Source: Acanthaster planci
Lineage: Eukaryota
Length of the DNA stretch: 20,000 bases
Direction: 5' to 3'
NCBI RefSeq assembly: GCF_001949145.1
Contig: NW_019091359.1
Location: forward strand, 4,005,674-4,025,673
Shown here: positions 1-11,228 of the stretch, in pieces
How positions within the stretch are numbered: position 1 is the first letter of the stretch
Layout: every line of letters begins with the position of its first letter
Made by a program: the position numbers and the translations under genes
Notes under the pieces: model-generated
Told to the model about the DNA's origin: nothing
Database searches by the model: none
What the model saw: the letters and a program-made list of their open reading frames with translations, nothing else

Positions 1-365
1 TTAACTCCTTTGGTGTGATAAAGATAAGGTTACAAGGCTTATTTGAATTGTGGTTGACCAGTTGTCAGAAAAGCTCACAGTTCCCTGCTGTTCACTGCAG
101 TGCACTGCAGTGTTACATGCCAATAATGACACCTCCCACACTGTCCAAAAATTTTGTCCGTAGTTGTTAATATTAAATACACTATTACGATGTCAAAGAT
201 GAACAAATGAAATCTCCAACTTTTGTGAACTTAATATACCAATTCATTGTTATCTCTCTGGTGAAGCTGTTTAACACTTAAATCCCATCTATGGCTGCAA
301 ACTTATATTGAGTGACACTTCTCTTTCTTGTTCTTCTCTTGGATACAATTACATTAAACTCTCAG

Positions 366-371
366 GAATAG
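366..371 (+). CDS. Candidate 6-nt microexon GAATAG (phase 1/1)
   Basis: ctcag|GAATAG|gtaagt (consensus donor); pyrimidine tract at about 317-340 with no AG before 364; G|TA joins exon A in frame. Confidence 0.4.
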   Translation, partial: E

Positions 372-1662
372 GTAAGTTAGAAAGCAAGTCTTTGTGATCA
401 GTGTGTCCATGATCTTTCACTGTTACACTTTTAACACAGTGCTCTTTTCTGAAATTAGTTTGTATTTTGTATATTTCGTATTTGATTCTAGTCCAGGTTT
501 CTCAGTGGAATGCATATTAAACTCTAATGATTTTGATGCTTGACTGTACTTCAGGTCCAAATGCAGATTACTACAACCCTTCCAGCAGAAAGAATAATGG
601 GAAAGAGTCCAATCAAACTGTCATTGAATGCTCTGATTTTTAAGTTTTTGTGAACGGTTTCCCAAACATGTTCAGTGAGAGCAGCTTTCAAGCAGGTGTC
701 CTAGTCAAGAAAGCATCATAAGATATCGCTATAAAGTTTTGGTCACATGTGACAAGTTGCAAAAGAAGCACAACTGAAATTTGTATGATGGACTTTCCTC
801 ACTAAATATATGTCATGGAGGTCAAATTAGAAATAATGAGTGATTTGACTCGATAATACTGGAATGTCCATTTTGTTTGGTTGAATGACCCATTGAAAAT
901 ATTTTTTGACTTTGTGTACCTATCTGAATACCATTGTATCATTTCTTTTTATCTTGAGTTTTTCCATGAGCCATATACTCTTCAACTTCTAGAGTGTATT
1001 TTATGTATATGACCTTTGACTTGTAACTCTGTTGTCCTCTTTTCATATTTTGTGTTCGGCTTCTTTACGTACCTGTACAACTCAGTTTCTATCAAATCTC
1101 TTCTTCACCTCATTTCTTTGTGATTCAAAGGCAAATACTTTACTATTTGCATGTGATCTTAACCATCTTGAGCAAGTATGCCTTAACTTTAGTACATGTA
1201 CATGTATGTACACGTCCATGGTGTAATTTATACACCACGTATGTTATCATTTTCTTTGTTGTGTTACTGTGCAGCCAGTAAATACTAATATCCTGTCAAA
1301 GTTGAATTGGCATATATTTTGCACAATTTAACTTTTACATGAAACTTAAAGGCCAACTGTTTTGTCCCTTCTTTTGAAAATCTGAATCTTGTAAAGTTTT
1401 TTCTGTCAGTATTTCAGACCTCAAATTTCTGTGACTGATATGTTTGTTATTTGTCTGTTAATTTAATAGTTTGGTTGTTTTTAATCACAAATACGTGTAA
1501 AAAGGCACTGCAATTTTATGCCATCAAGCAATGCAAGTAAAACTATGTTCACTGTCATGCTGTCAGGAAGATCAGCAGATCAGTGCTGAATATTGTTCAT
1601 AGTACACAAAGTGAAAGCTGTATTAACGTTTCTGGGTTGGTCAGGTTTCATTACATCATTAT

Positions 1663-1754
1663 CTATTGCTTTTATTTGAAAGAAAAAAAGCATATTGGAA
1701 TAAATTGGATTTGCTATTGCTTTATTTGAAAGCAATGAAGCATATTGGAATAAA
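1663..1754. repeat. Two-copy tandem duplication, period about 50 bp
   Basis: ctattgctttt?atttgaaag..a..aagcatattggaataaa at 1663-1704 and 1714-1754. Confidence 0.9.
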
Positions 1755-1875
1755 GTTATTCTAAACAGAAATTTGTGAGTAAACCCATGCAATTTACTTC
1801 TTTTGCAAACCTGAATATTTCTTTTGATGCAAGCCTCAGTCAGTCACTAATATTGTTTTCTGCATTTTTGTATAG

Positions 1876-1961
1876 TAAATGCAATGAAAGCTACTGGCGA
1901 GAATGTAGACCCTTCAGCACTTTTGGCTGAATTGGAGGCACAACATGCAGCTAAGAGAAAG
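1876..1961 (+). CDS. Internal coding exon A of uncharacterised coiled-coil protein (xNAMKATGENVDPSALLAELEAQHAAKRK)
   Basis: tttttgtatag acceptor and AAG|gtcagg donor; 2+84 nt open frame; ends in phase 0, matching the next exon. Confidence 0.8.
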
Positions 1962-2255
1962 GTCAGGGTTAATGAATAGAGAACATAAACTAAATGTTTC
2001 TACCATTTCTAAGGCATCTTGTGAATGTGCACTAATCACATGTTCTTATACATGAAGCAGGTGTAATTGTAGTTTTTATGTTTCTGTCATTTTCTGAGGA
2101 GAGTAAGGCTAATTGTGCTTCTACAGCAGTCATTTAGAGGAAGTTATTTCAAATATGGTATGGAATAGCACACAAGTAATCACCTCATTTGACATTGCTT
2201 GGCAAGGATTGTTCTAATAAAGAGTGAAATACTGACCTTCTTACATCCCTTGCAG

Positions 2256-2441
2256 ACCATGCAAGACCAGTTGCAGCGGCAGCGACGTTTGATGAGGAGT
2301 AGGTTGGCTGAGAGAAGACAGAAGCAAGAGGACAAGGAGTATGAAGAAGATGCAGCGATGGCATTAATTCAGAATGCAGAACATATCCAGAATAAGCGAG
2401 ACCAGGATGCCCAGATGATGAAAGAGAAGCAGACTAGCCTG
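2256..2441 (+). CDS. Coding exon B (TMQDQLQRQRRLMRSRLAERR...EKQTSL)
   Basis: ctgac branch-like site and ccttgcag acceptor; CTG|gtgaga donor; 186 nt, phase 0/0; E/Q/R/K-rich. Confidence 0.92.
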
Positions 2442-3181
2442 GTGAGATAATGATGTGTGATATATGTTGTTCAGGTGTTTTCAAGACAAGTCTTCAAACC
2501 TCATATGTAGTGCTAGTTCTGGGTCTTAGCTTCACATTTCAGTCATCTACATTCATTCTGTTGTTTATTCAGATTCCTGCTTTTTAATGAGTGAAGTAAC
2601 TGATTTATACTATGGGTCCAACCATTCTGGGGGCAAGTTCGGGTGCGAACTACAGCTCAACCATTCATCAATTTTGTTTAACAAAGAAATGTGCCATACA
2701 GTTATGATGGAAAGTTGTAGAATCTCATTATTACATTGTTTACACTTCCCTGGCTTACATGGTCAATGACATATTGTACAGTGAGACTATCATGTTTATG
2801 GTTCTCTCTGTTTTGATAAATGAAATCAGCTATTACTTAGTAACTAGCAGTGTGGCCATGCTTCAGGGCTGAGCTCAAATAGATTCAGGGCCTAGCTTCA
2901 AACTAGAATTTCCAAAACACCCATATTGTGGGGGATGCTGGTTGAATTATAGTTTACTATGTGCATTGTTTGAATTTGCCGGAGGTTGTTTTTAATAGTT
3001 GTTCAACCAGTTATATCTTTGTTGACTAGTGCCTTTTGGACATTGGTTGAACTATGCGTAGAAAGAAGTTGTGATTATACTTGTTCCCATGTTGCCTTTC
3101 AAGAGTCTTTCGAAAGGAAATAACCAAAACTTGTTCTTGCAGTTGTTGAGAAGCTTAAAGCCCTTAATTGTTTATTTTCAG

Positions 3182-3310
3182 ATGAAGGACCGCTTGGCCC
3201 AACGTCGTGAGAAACGTCATCAGGCAGAAATGGCTAAGGAAGAGGAAGAAAGAAAGAAAAAGGAGGCAGAAGAAGCCAAGAAAACCAAAGATGCTGCAGC
3301 TGAACGTTTG
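3182..3310 (+). CDS. Coding exon C (MKDRLAQRREKRHQAEMAKEEEERKKK...AAAERL)
   Basis: tttattttcag acceptor; TTG|gtacag donor chosen because it gives the phase 0 needed by exon D; 129 nt. Confidence 0.85.
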
Positions 3311-3842
3311 GTACAGAGACATTCCTCCAGTTATTCCAGAACCCCTTATGCTCGTAAAGGAGAATTATTTGTTCACACAATGTGCAAACTACAAATCCAC
3401 ATACTCAATCTTTCGAAGAGGAATCCTTGCAATTGTTTCCTGTGCTGCTTTGCATTTTTTTCATCAAGTTTTATCCATTTTTGTTAATTTGTATATAAGG
3501 AACCAATGTCTAATAGTTGTTAGAGTAGAAAAGGCGCCAGAAAGTAACAATTTTGTAACTTGGTTGCATTTTGTGCATTGTTATCTAGTCAATCAATGAG
3601 GAAACATATTGCACACTGATTGATTAAGTGAGGGTTACGAACTTGCCCAAGGGAAAGCTGAATGATAAAATAAGAGTTTGCATTGCCACTACAGAAACAG
3701 CCCTGGTATCTGTCCAGTAAAATTGATTTTGTCAGTTTTGAGATTTCTTCAGTCCTGTGTCTTCACATGAATGCACAAGATTTGAAAACGGCCGCTTAAA
3801 AACAGAAGCAAAAATTCTGATTTTCCAATGTTTTCAATGTAG

Positions 3843-3992
3843 CCTCCTGGTCTAGGGATGCAGCGAGAGAAGACTGTGATTGATGTATCAGTATCTGAGG
3901 AGAAGAAGAAAGCATTGTTTGATACACTGGTACGGGAACACACAAAGGCACAGTTGAAGATTGAGATGGAACAAGAGAAACAGACTCAACAG
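3843..3992 (+). CDS. Coding exon D (PPGLGMQREKTVIDVSVSEEKKKALFDTLVREHTKAQLKIEMEQEKQTQQ)
   Basis: ttttcaatgtag acceptor and CAG|gtcagt donor; 150 nt, phase 0/0; not in the ORF track on this strand. Confidence 0.9.
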
Positions 3993-4299
3993 GTCAGTCA
4001 AGATAGGAACTTATTATGACAAGATTCTGTCTTGCATCCTGTTAGCTATAGAGGAGCTGGTGCCGTTGAACATGTTGATGGGGGGGCAATATTTCAGATT
4101 GTATAGTTGACAGATGAGTCTAGTCCTTCCAATTCCAAATTGTTGATTCAATCATGTCGTGGTAGCCATTTTACAGCTGTGTCTTATAATTCCATAGCTG
4201 ATGATTCCCCATGTGGCAATGTTTTATCTAGACAGAAAGCCTCAAAATGATATTTTTCTAAGGTTGTGTTTAAAATATCTGCCAATCTTTTTCCAACAG

Positions 4300-4404
4300 T
4301 TAAAGGAGCGTATCCAGCAGCGTAAGAATCGTTACCAGGATGCTGCCACCATGCTGTTAGGCTTAGGTGAACGTCAGAAGACAATGGTGGCCAAATCACA
4401 GAAG
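4300..4404 (+). CDS. Coding exon E (LKERIQQRKNRYQDAATMLLGLGERQKTMVAKSQK)
   Basis: tctttttccaacag acceptor and AAG|gtaaac donor; 105 nt, phase 0/0. Confidence 0.92.
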
Positions 4405-4811
4405 GTAAACATGTAGAAAACTATAGAATCATACCAAACTTAAAAACTCTTTTGAGCTCAGAAAACATAAACCACCACCAAACAAACACCTTACTTTTAA
4501 GCCGGAGATGTTGTTGGTTCAATAAAGTCTCTTTAAAGCTTGTGAATTTCTTCTCATATTAAGGTGTTTGAATTGTGCATTACCCAATGTTAGAGTGTAC
4601 ATTTGACAAAAACATTAACATCCTTTTTACTCCAAAAATATTAGCTAAAAAAATAATTCATCTCTCTGTTAATATCTGTTGCTTGTTATTCACTGTCAAA
4701 GTCCCTTTTTTTCTTCTGTTTGTGTTTGATTCTTACTGTATATGTGCATCATACATGTATGATATCTTGAGTGTGTTTAGTAACACCTAGACTGTATCAA
4801 TAAAACAGATG

Positions 4812-5165
4812 CTACTTACATGTTCCTTCAAATTAATCCCTGTGTATTCGGTACCTTCTCCATGCCTCCAAGCACCTTTAAAGTTCTCCTTGATGGCTCA
4901 TGTTCCCAAGGGGCTCGAAATATGTTCCCTTGAGGAGCTTTCAAAGTTGGGAAGAGCCAGAAGTCCAGGGTGCTAGATCTGGCAAGTATTGAAGGCATTC
5001 CAGAATAGGGCAGTGTGTGCAAGGGCATTGTTGTGATGCAGGATCCATTGCCACAAGAAGTGCCTTGTGCATCGGATTCGTGCCATCAGGCAGGTTCACA
5101 CTTCTCTGTAGAAATGCTGGTTCACAGTTTTCCCCTCCGACAGGAACTCATGGTGCACCTGTCCT
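4812..5165 (-). pseudogene. Mariner transposase remnant, C-terminal half
   Basis: GQVHHEFLSEGKTVNQHFYREV, WILHHNNALAHTAL (cf. HHDNAPAH), YLPDLAP/DFWLFPTLK (cf. YSPDLAPxDF), D*FEG (cf. GDYFEG). Confidence 0.9.
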
Positions 5166-5842
5166 TTTTTTAGGCGTATATATGACTAACAATCTGAAAT
5201 GGACAACCCATATTGATTTCTTGGTAAGGAAAGCCCAACAACGTCTGTTTAGTCTCAGAAGACTGAGGAGTTTCCGGGCCAGCCGAGGTCTGCCGGTGAA
5301 GTTCTATCAGGCAGTGGTTGAGAGTGTCCTGACCGGAAATGCCTTAATCCCGTTGTTAAAACTGCTAGCATTATAATTGGCTGGAAATGGAAGAACTTTA
5401 TGAGACAGGGGTCTTAAAGAAGAGCATGTCAATTGTTTCAGATGAATTCCATCCTGCTAATGACTTATTTCAGCGGATGAGATCAGATAAACATTACAGA
5501 TCAATTCGCGCGGATTCAACTCGAACCTTTAACAGTTTTATTCAAGTGCAGTTTGCTTATTGAACGTACATGTACAGGTGCAATCAAAGTCCTAATCAGT
5601 GATCCATCAGATTTTATTGTTATCTTCATCCCATTTTATTTAATCAATCGTCATTTTACCTGGTATGCTGTCTGAAATTTGTTGTCATTCTGGTGTGAAT
5701 TTTTGTAGTGTTGTTTATTATTGTTCTGAACATATATTTTGATTATCAAGTTTTTAACGCTTGCAAAACCACAACGAATTTCAGTGTATTTCAACAACTA
5801 TGTTGGATACAAATAATATTAAATAAGTGAAATTGAATTGAG
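5166..5842 (+). mobile_element. 5'-truncated Rex1/Babar-type non-LTR retrotransposon (RT C-terminus, 3' UTR, microsatellite tail)
   Basis: FLGVYMTNNLKWTTHIDFLVRKAQQRLFSLRRLRSF..FYQAVVESVLT, then after frameshifts SIVSDEFHPANDLF..YRSIRADSTRTFNSFI/SAVCLLN; ends in (TTGAA)-like repeats at about 5828-5853. Confidence 0.9.
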
Positions 5843-6360
5843 TTGAAATTGAAGAAGGCAAGGGCATGACCTTGATCTTGGACTTATGCATGTGCTGGCC
5901 TTTGGTGTGGTTGACCTTGGCATCTTCCACTGGAAGCTCTGCTGTTGTGTTTCAAGATCATACTGGAAGACCTAGGTCTCATGCCCCATGATGACACTGA
6001 GGAACTCAGATTTTCATCCAGCTGCTGCAAAATGTGGTTGGACATGTCCATGGGGAGGGTCTTGTAATCCTTGGACTGCAACTTCAACTTACCCAAATTG
6101 TCTACTGAGATTTTCCTCACAAACTCTTTATTCAGTCTTTCCACACTAGTTTATTAACCCTGGGGAAGTTGGTATTAGTTTGTCTTATTCAGAAATTTGT
6201 CTTGACTTGCACTTGCCTCCACATTGTCCCACTCCTCTCTGAACTAGCTGTACCACTCAAAGACACATGCATGGGACATTGTCTCATCCCTGTACACTTC
6301 TTTTGGCATGACATTACCAAGTACCAACTGCAAGGGGTCTGTGGAATTCATTGATTGCAC
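5843..6360 (-). pseudogene. Mariner (Tc1/mariner) transposase remnant, N-terminal half
   Basis: Minus-strand translation across stops and frameshifts: EVYRDETMSHACVFEWYS*FREE (HTH), IMGHET*VFQYDLETQQQSFQWK (cf. TGDETWVYQYDPETKQQSxQW), KSKIKVM..AFF; 5' boundary approximate. Confidence 0.88.
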
Positions 6361-6648
6361 CATGAACTGTCGTATTATGTGTACAGAGTCTGTGGATGTT
6401 ACATGTACGTTACTTCATGGTCCATCAAAATGATCCTATATGTCACTTTGCGGTGACACTGACAAATTGTACAAAATGCAATACAGAGGTGCAAAACAAT
6501 ATCACTGTATAATTTTTGCTCAGCCTAGACATGACAAGGCTTTATTTACTCTTGGTTTCTTTAACTCATCTGGAATATCCTCTTGGATCTCTAGTGAAGA
6601 GTTGAAGTACATGTATTCAAACACAATCTTTCTTGTTCTTCTCTGTAG

Positions 6649-6882
6649 GAGGAGCGAGACCGGCAGCTGACCATGGTTAAGGAGCGCATAGAGAAAGTGC
6701 GCTATGAGCGAACTCAGACCATGAAGCTGAAGAAAGACCTCAATGCCAAGACCTTCAAGGACATGATGGAACCAGACAGGGACAGTGGCCTGTCTAAGGA
6801 TGAGAAAATGGCCCAGGTTGCTGCTAACATGCAGAGGAAATTCATGGAAGATGAACAGGAGATAAAGAAGGGTACCAAAAGG
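6649..6882 (+). CDS. Coding exon F (EERDRQLTMVKERIEKVRYERTQTMK...EQEIKKGTKR)
   Basis: Long pyrimidine tract and ctgtag acceptor; AGG|gtaggt donor; 234 nt, phase 0/0. Confidence 0.9.
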
Positions 6883-7079
6883 GTAGGTGGATCCTCATTG
6901 TTGTCTAGTGATTGTTGTAAATTTCAATTGGCTTTTCTGCAAAGCATTCTTTTTGTCAAGACTGAAGTTCTTCTTCCCGAAAACCCATTCATTTTGGGCA
7001 TGAATTTTCTACCGTCGACTTTAGTCCCTTTGTAAAGTGGTATCTTCGTGAAGCTTACCTACAGCAAGACCTAGTAGCA

Positions 7080-7440
7080 AAGATGTTCCTTGAAGGATGG
7101 CGTCTTGATGACGTCATCAGTTATCACGTGACTTGCCCTCAAAGTTGAATTCTTTGCAGGCCTATACATTGTATCTCCAGAACCATACGTCCAATCTTAG
7201 TAATCTTGGTACAGACACAAAACAAGATGTATTCTATGTGAAAATTGGAGTGACGTATTAACGACATCACGTCATCACCTGATTTCTCAAGATTTTTTAA
7301 AAATGTTCTTTTTTTTACATTTTTCTTGGCCTTTTTATTCTAACAAAATAACTTTCTTTTGCAGTACCTCAAGCGGGCTAAGTAAATGTTTGGGTTGTTT
7401 GGAAAATGTTGTAATATCATTATGATGTCATCAAAAAGTA
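7080..7440. repeat. Probable non-autonomous DNA element remnant rich in TGACGTCA-like motifs
   Basis: Perfect palindrome tgatgacgtcatca at 7106-7119, tcacgtga at 7124-7131, further gtgacgt/acgtcatca/tgatgtcatca copies; local CpG retention; boundaries approximate. Confidence 0.4.
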
Positions 7441-7457
7441 TGATTTTTAATTCTTAA

Positions 7458-7946
7458 CCACTTCCTGCCAGGGATTCCGGTACCGGACACGTATGCTTTA
7501 TATGCTTGACCGGGGTCTCCGAACTCGGCAAAGGGAACTGGGCCTTGTAACAAAAGACCGTACTCGGAACAAAAAACCAGGCAGCTGGGCATTACCGACA
7601 TTTTTTCACTCTCAAAAGTGAAGATTATCCAGCCTTGTTTTGAAACATTATACCACAGTTTTGGGCATTTAGAGTGAGTGGATTACTACCAGGGACTAAA
7701 GCGCTCCACCACCGCAGCAATGAGCCACACAGCAGTGCTGCACGCTAATCTGGCCCCCATTGAAAAGAGGTCAGCAGTGCACTGTGTCAGGTTCATGAAC
7801 AAAAGAAAGTTATGTAACACCGCACAATCTGGGCTCTTTTTACAAGGCTGCAGGCCTGGCTGAAATACTTGGGTGTCCATAGGTTTGTCTGTCAGGCTAG
7901 AGTAGAGACCAGACAGTCCTTTTTGTGGGTGTACGTGTCCAGTAAG
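7458..7946. mobile_element. piggyBac-like MITE
   Basis: TTAA at 7454-7457 and 7947-7950; starts CCACTTCC; inverted taccggacacgta (7481-7493) / tacgtgtccagta (7932-7944) match 12/13; outer part of the right TIR appears deleted. Confidence 0.6.
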
Positions 7947-8084
7947 TTAAGAATTGTTGGAGAATTTTGAAAACAGACGAAAATAATTATCCCACCACTG
8001 CAAATGGTTAATACTAAACAAGTTGAAATTCAGGTAGGTAGAGTCAACTCCAGATTGGTAAGTTACATCATCATAGACTATTGA

Positions 8085-8182
8085 TTTCTTATTAATTTTT
8101 GAATATTTGCTCCTGTGTCATACATTTTTACTGTAATTTGGCCTTTGGCCATAAGTGTAAAAATAAACCAACCAAACCAAAC
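8085..8182 (+). mobile_element. Probable 3' tail of a non-LTR retroposon
   Basis: ggcctttggcc hairpin, AATAAA, then (AACC/AAACC)n tail; 5' boundary approximate. Confidence 0.4.
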
Positions 8183-9039
8183 ATATAAATTCGTAGCCCC
8201 AACATAAGGAACAACTCTGGGAACAACAGTCATTGTGTAATGTAGTCTTAAAACGAACGAATAATCCAGCTCTTAGAGTAATTTTAATTCACATCTTCTC
8301 AACTATTTGTGGGATTAATTTCGCTCTTTCAGTGTGTAAAAGACTAGTTCATGTGCTTTAACACAATTCAAAACATATATTGTTAAAATTTAAATTGAGT
8401 CTTTCAAATTGGAGTTGAACGTTGACACCACAGTGAAATTCATTGTGTGAGTCTCATTTTTGTCTCAATTAAGACCACTCTTGGGGGCTTTGAACATGCG
8501 TAAGTTCACAGCCAACTCAGCTAATCTTTTCATTCTCCTGCTAAATAAGGAGTAAACCCTAAGGAATCTTCTGATATAAACCTTATGCCAGGTGGATGAA
8601 ATTTACTGTCGTCAAAACGACCATACAGAAAAAGGTTCAATCAGTGATGCTGTTGGATTCTCCATTAAAACCTACAGTGGACACCTTTCCCTTGCTGCAC
8701 AACGTGTTTTTCCCACTACGAAGTTGTTAGCAAAGTATTATTATATACGGTTAGAAAGCTTAGGTATTGGTAATTCTTGTCATGTATATTTTACGATGAA
8801 ATACAGTAAGAAAGAGCTGTAACGATTGTGTAAAAAATGGCATTTCTAGCCTTGGAGGTATGAACAAGACACGTTGGTGTGCCAGACTTGCCGGGTGCTA
8901 CCATTTTCTCTGTAGGTAAATACGTGTATATGTACACCTATGTGCAGTAATTTGTGGGATATTTTCAGAATTATTGTAAAGAATTGTGAAAAAAAAATTA
9001 AAATACAAAAACAATCAAGAGAAGTAGACCCAGGCCCTT

Positions 9040-9540
9040 AAATGTATGTGTACACTCGTGTGGAGCACATCCACACACAATTGCACGAACTCATCAATGT
9101 CAAAGGCTTCAACTTCAGTGTGGGATTTGGGCTAAAAGAATTGATATGCAAACCATGGCAGAAAACCACTGAGATGAGATTAGTGACAACACAATTCATT
9201 GGTGTTTCATGCTTAGAAAAGGAAGGACTAAAAGCAAATCTGATTCCTGGGCCTCGTTCTTCCAACCCTTGAAAACTGACCTGGTAAGCTTTAATTGTTT
9301 TGAGCATGTGATTTAATCCGAATTCTTCCACAGTTAATGCGTTATAGTCATGTTGAAGCTACTGCAGCTCCGATGGCACTCAAGATAAATGTTCCAACAA
9401 TCAGGGTAACACCACACATTTTGCCAAAGAAGAAGTTGATGTGACCAAACTTTGCCATAACAGTGCGGTTTATTGCATTTATCAGCTAAAGGCAAGCAGT
9501 TGAAATTTTTGGTAATGGTGTTTCTGGGTACCAACTCATC
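9040..9540 (-). pseudogene. Possible very degraded hAT-type transposase fragment
   Basis: FCHGLH followed after a frameshift by EAFDIDEFVQLCVDVLH resembles the hAT CxxH region; similarity is weak. Confidence 0.25.
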
Positions 9541-10740
9541 AACAATTTGCCAAGTTTGAGCAAAAAGGCTTTAATAAAGCAGCTTAAAGGCTTATTAGTG
9601 GAAATTACAGGTGGATTAACCTTAGTAGTAACGTTTTTGTGGGTTTTTATGTTCTCTTTGTTTCAAAGCCTATTTTTCCACAACAAAATTTAATTTACAG
9701 TGATTAAGTTAGCTTTTCTGCAGCTCTGCAGGGGGTGTTACTTAAACCTTTCTTGGTAACCATTGTTCATGAATGTGTGTTTGGTTTGATTGTAACTTTT
9801 TTACCTGCAATAATGAATGAAATGAAATGAAGAGCATCCTCTCGATGAAGACTTCTGTTTAGAGTTCAAACTGCAGCAGCATTTCAGACAATGAAATATG
9901 ACACTAAGAGTGTTTTGACATTGTCAACTGTTGACATGAACTTAGTCCAAATTCAAATTTTATTACTAATCAGAAGTAAGACATGTTTTTGTGTGATTTT
10001 GGACTTGTCGTTGCATAGTCTGACCAATCACAGCCACTTGTTCAAGCAAAGGTTCGATCACTGGATGGTGTCATTACTGGACCATTTTTTTCACCTTATG
10101 CTCTGGAAAACAATTCAGTTTCATGAACATCACTCAGCATTGACAGAGGTCAATCAGCCTCAAGCTTACTTTATCCCTGAATGATTTCCTCACATACATG
10201 TAACTCACAGCCAGCTAAGTACTAATCTGCTTTTTATTTGCTGTTTGAGCTTTGTACATGCAACTTTGTTAGCCTCCAATGGTGTCCCTACTACTGGATT
10301 TGGACTTTTCTTTAAAGGAAATTGACCTTTCAACATTGTGAAGGCCTACCCAAATGTTCACACATGTAGTAATTATATCTCGCATTTGAAAACGGAAAAA
10401 CCCTTAATATTTTTGAACATGTACCGGTACGTGTGCTCATTGTAGGTGTCAACTGAGATTTTCTCTTAGTCACATGTAAAGGGGTACTTGGTGCTCATAC
10501 ATGTAGAACACTAAATCCTTCTCCCCATGAAATTATTCTCACTTGCTATAATTTGAAACATGCTTAATTTACACAATGCCTGAGAATAAATCATTTGTAA
10601 TCTTTTGTATTCCAGCTGTACTTTGTCAGTCTGAAGTAAAATGCAATATGCAAGCTTTCATATTCATGCTCAAACAGAGAAGCCTTTGAGCCTGAAAATT
10701 TGCTTTAATCATTTGATAACCTGTTAGTTTAAATTTATTA

Positions 10741-10792
10741 TACAGGGTGTCTTAAAAAAAGGAAACTGAGATTAAACTTCAAATATCTTGGA
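10741..10792 (+). repeat. Tc1/mariner-type terminal inverted repeat remnant
   Basis: TA-CAGGGTGT start; 39/52 ungapped identity to the reverse complement of 16568-16619. Confidence 0.6.
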
Positions 10793-11156
10793 TACTACTC
10801 AACATTGCTGTGTCATGGCAGATGGAGTAATAGGTTTGCAGTAACACCATGCAAAATATCTGTTTCTTGAGTCTGTGTGGTTCTGGTTCTTTTCAGACCA
10901 CATATACTTGAAAAAGAGATTTTTTGCATGATGCTACAGCAAACCCATTACTCAACTTAAAATTATCATGATAAGAGGATTTCAACCTCTTTTGGTAAGT
11001 ACATATATAAGCCGGACACTCACGTACATGTACATGTATGATAAACTCTATACATGTAGACTGAAACTTTTTGTTGTCCATCATTCAAAGCCCAGCCACT
11101 CTTTCCAGTGTTAGTTGCTCTTTCCTCCCTAACTGTTTGCTTGTTTTTTTTTTAAG

Positions 11157-11228
11157 TTATCTGATTACCTTGCGGATAGTGATGAAGACATAAAGCAGTA
11201 GTTGTCTTTACCAATTCCAAGTGGAAAG
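11157..11228 (+). CDS. Candidate alternative exon encoding LSDYLADSDEDIKQ* (stop 11199-11201)
   Basis: CTAAC branch site 11129-11133, T-rich tract, aag acceptor; phase 0 reading is protein-like; AAG|gtaaca donor after 11228; AATAAA at 11376. Confidence 0.45.

Noticed and set aside
93..112. 20-bp palindrome cactgcagtgcactgcagtg
   Set aside because: Simple tandem duplication of a 10-bp palindrome with no supporting context
555..643. Possible exon after the ttcag acceptor (GPNADYYNPSSRKNNGKESNQTVIECSDF*)
   Set aside because: Plausible acceptor but no convincing donor; cannot be distinguished from intron without RNA data
1275..1277. Possible 3-nt microexon tgcag|CCA|gtaaat
   Set aside because: Weak donor; such matches occur by chance
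3311..3599. ORF-track extensions beyond the exons (also 6883-7035 and 14005-14070)
   Set aside because: Read-through into intron sequence past splice sites
4760..6520. TIRs for the intronic mariner
   Set aside because: No matching inverted pair found at the expected ends
8380..8600. Second possible hAT-like fragment on the minus strand (FLRVYSLFSRRMKRLAEL)
   Set aside because: Similarity too weak to support by eye
8904..8921. AG|GT recursive-splice-like site (similar one near 12045)
   Set aside because: The intron is only about 7 kb and the donors are mediocre; chance is likely
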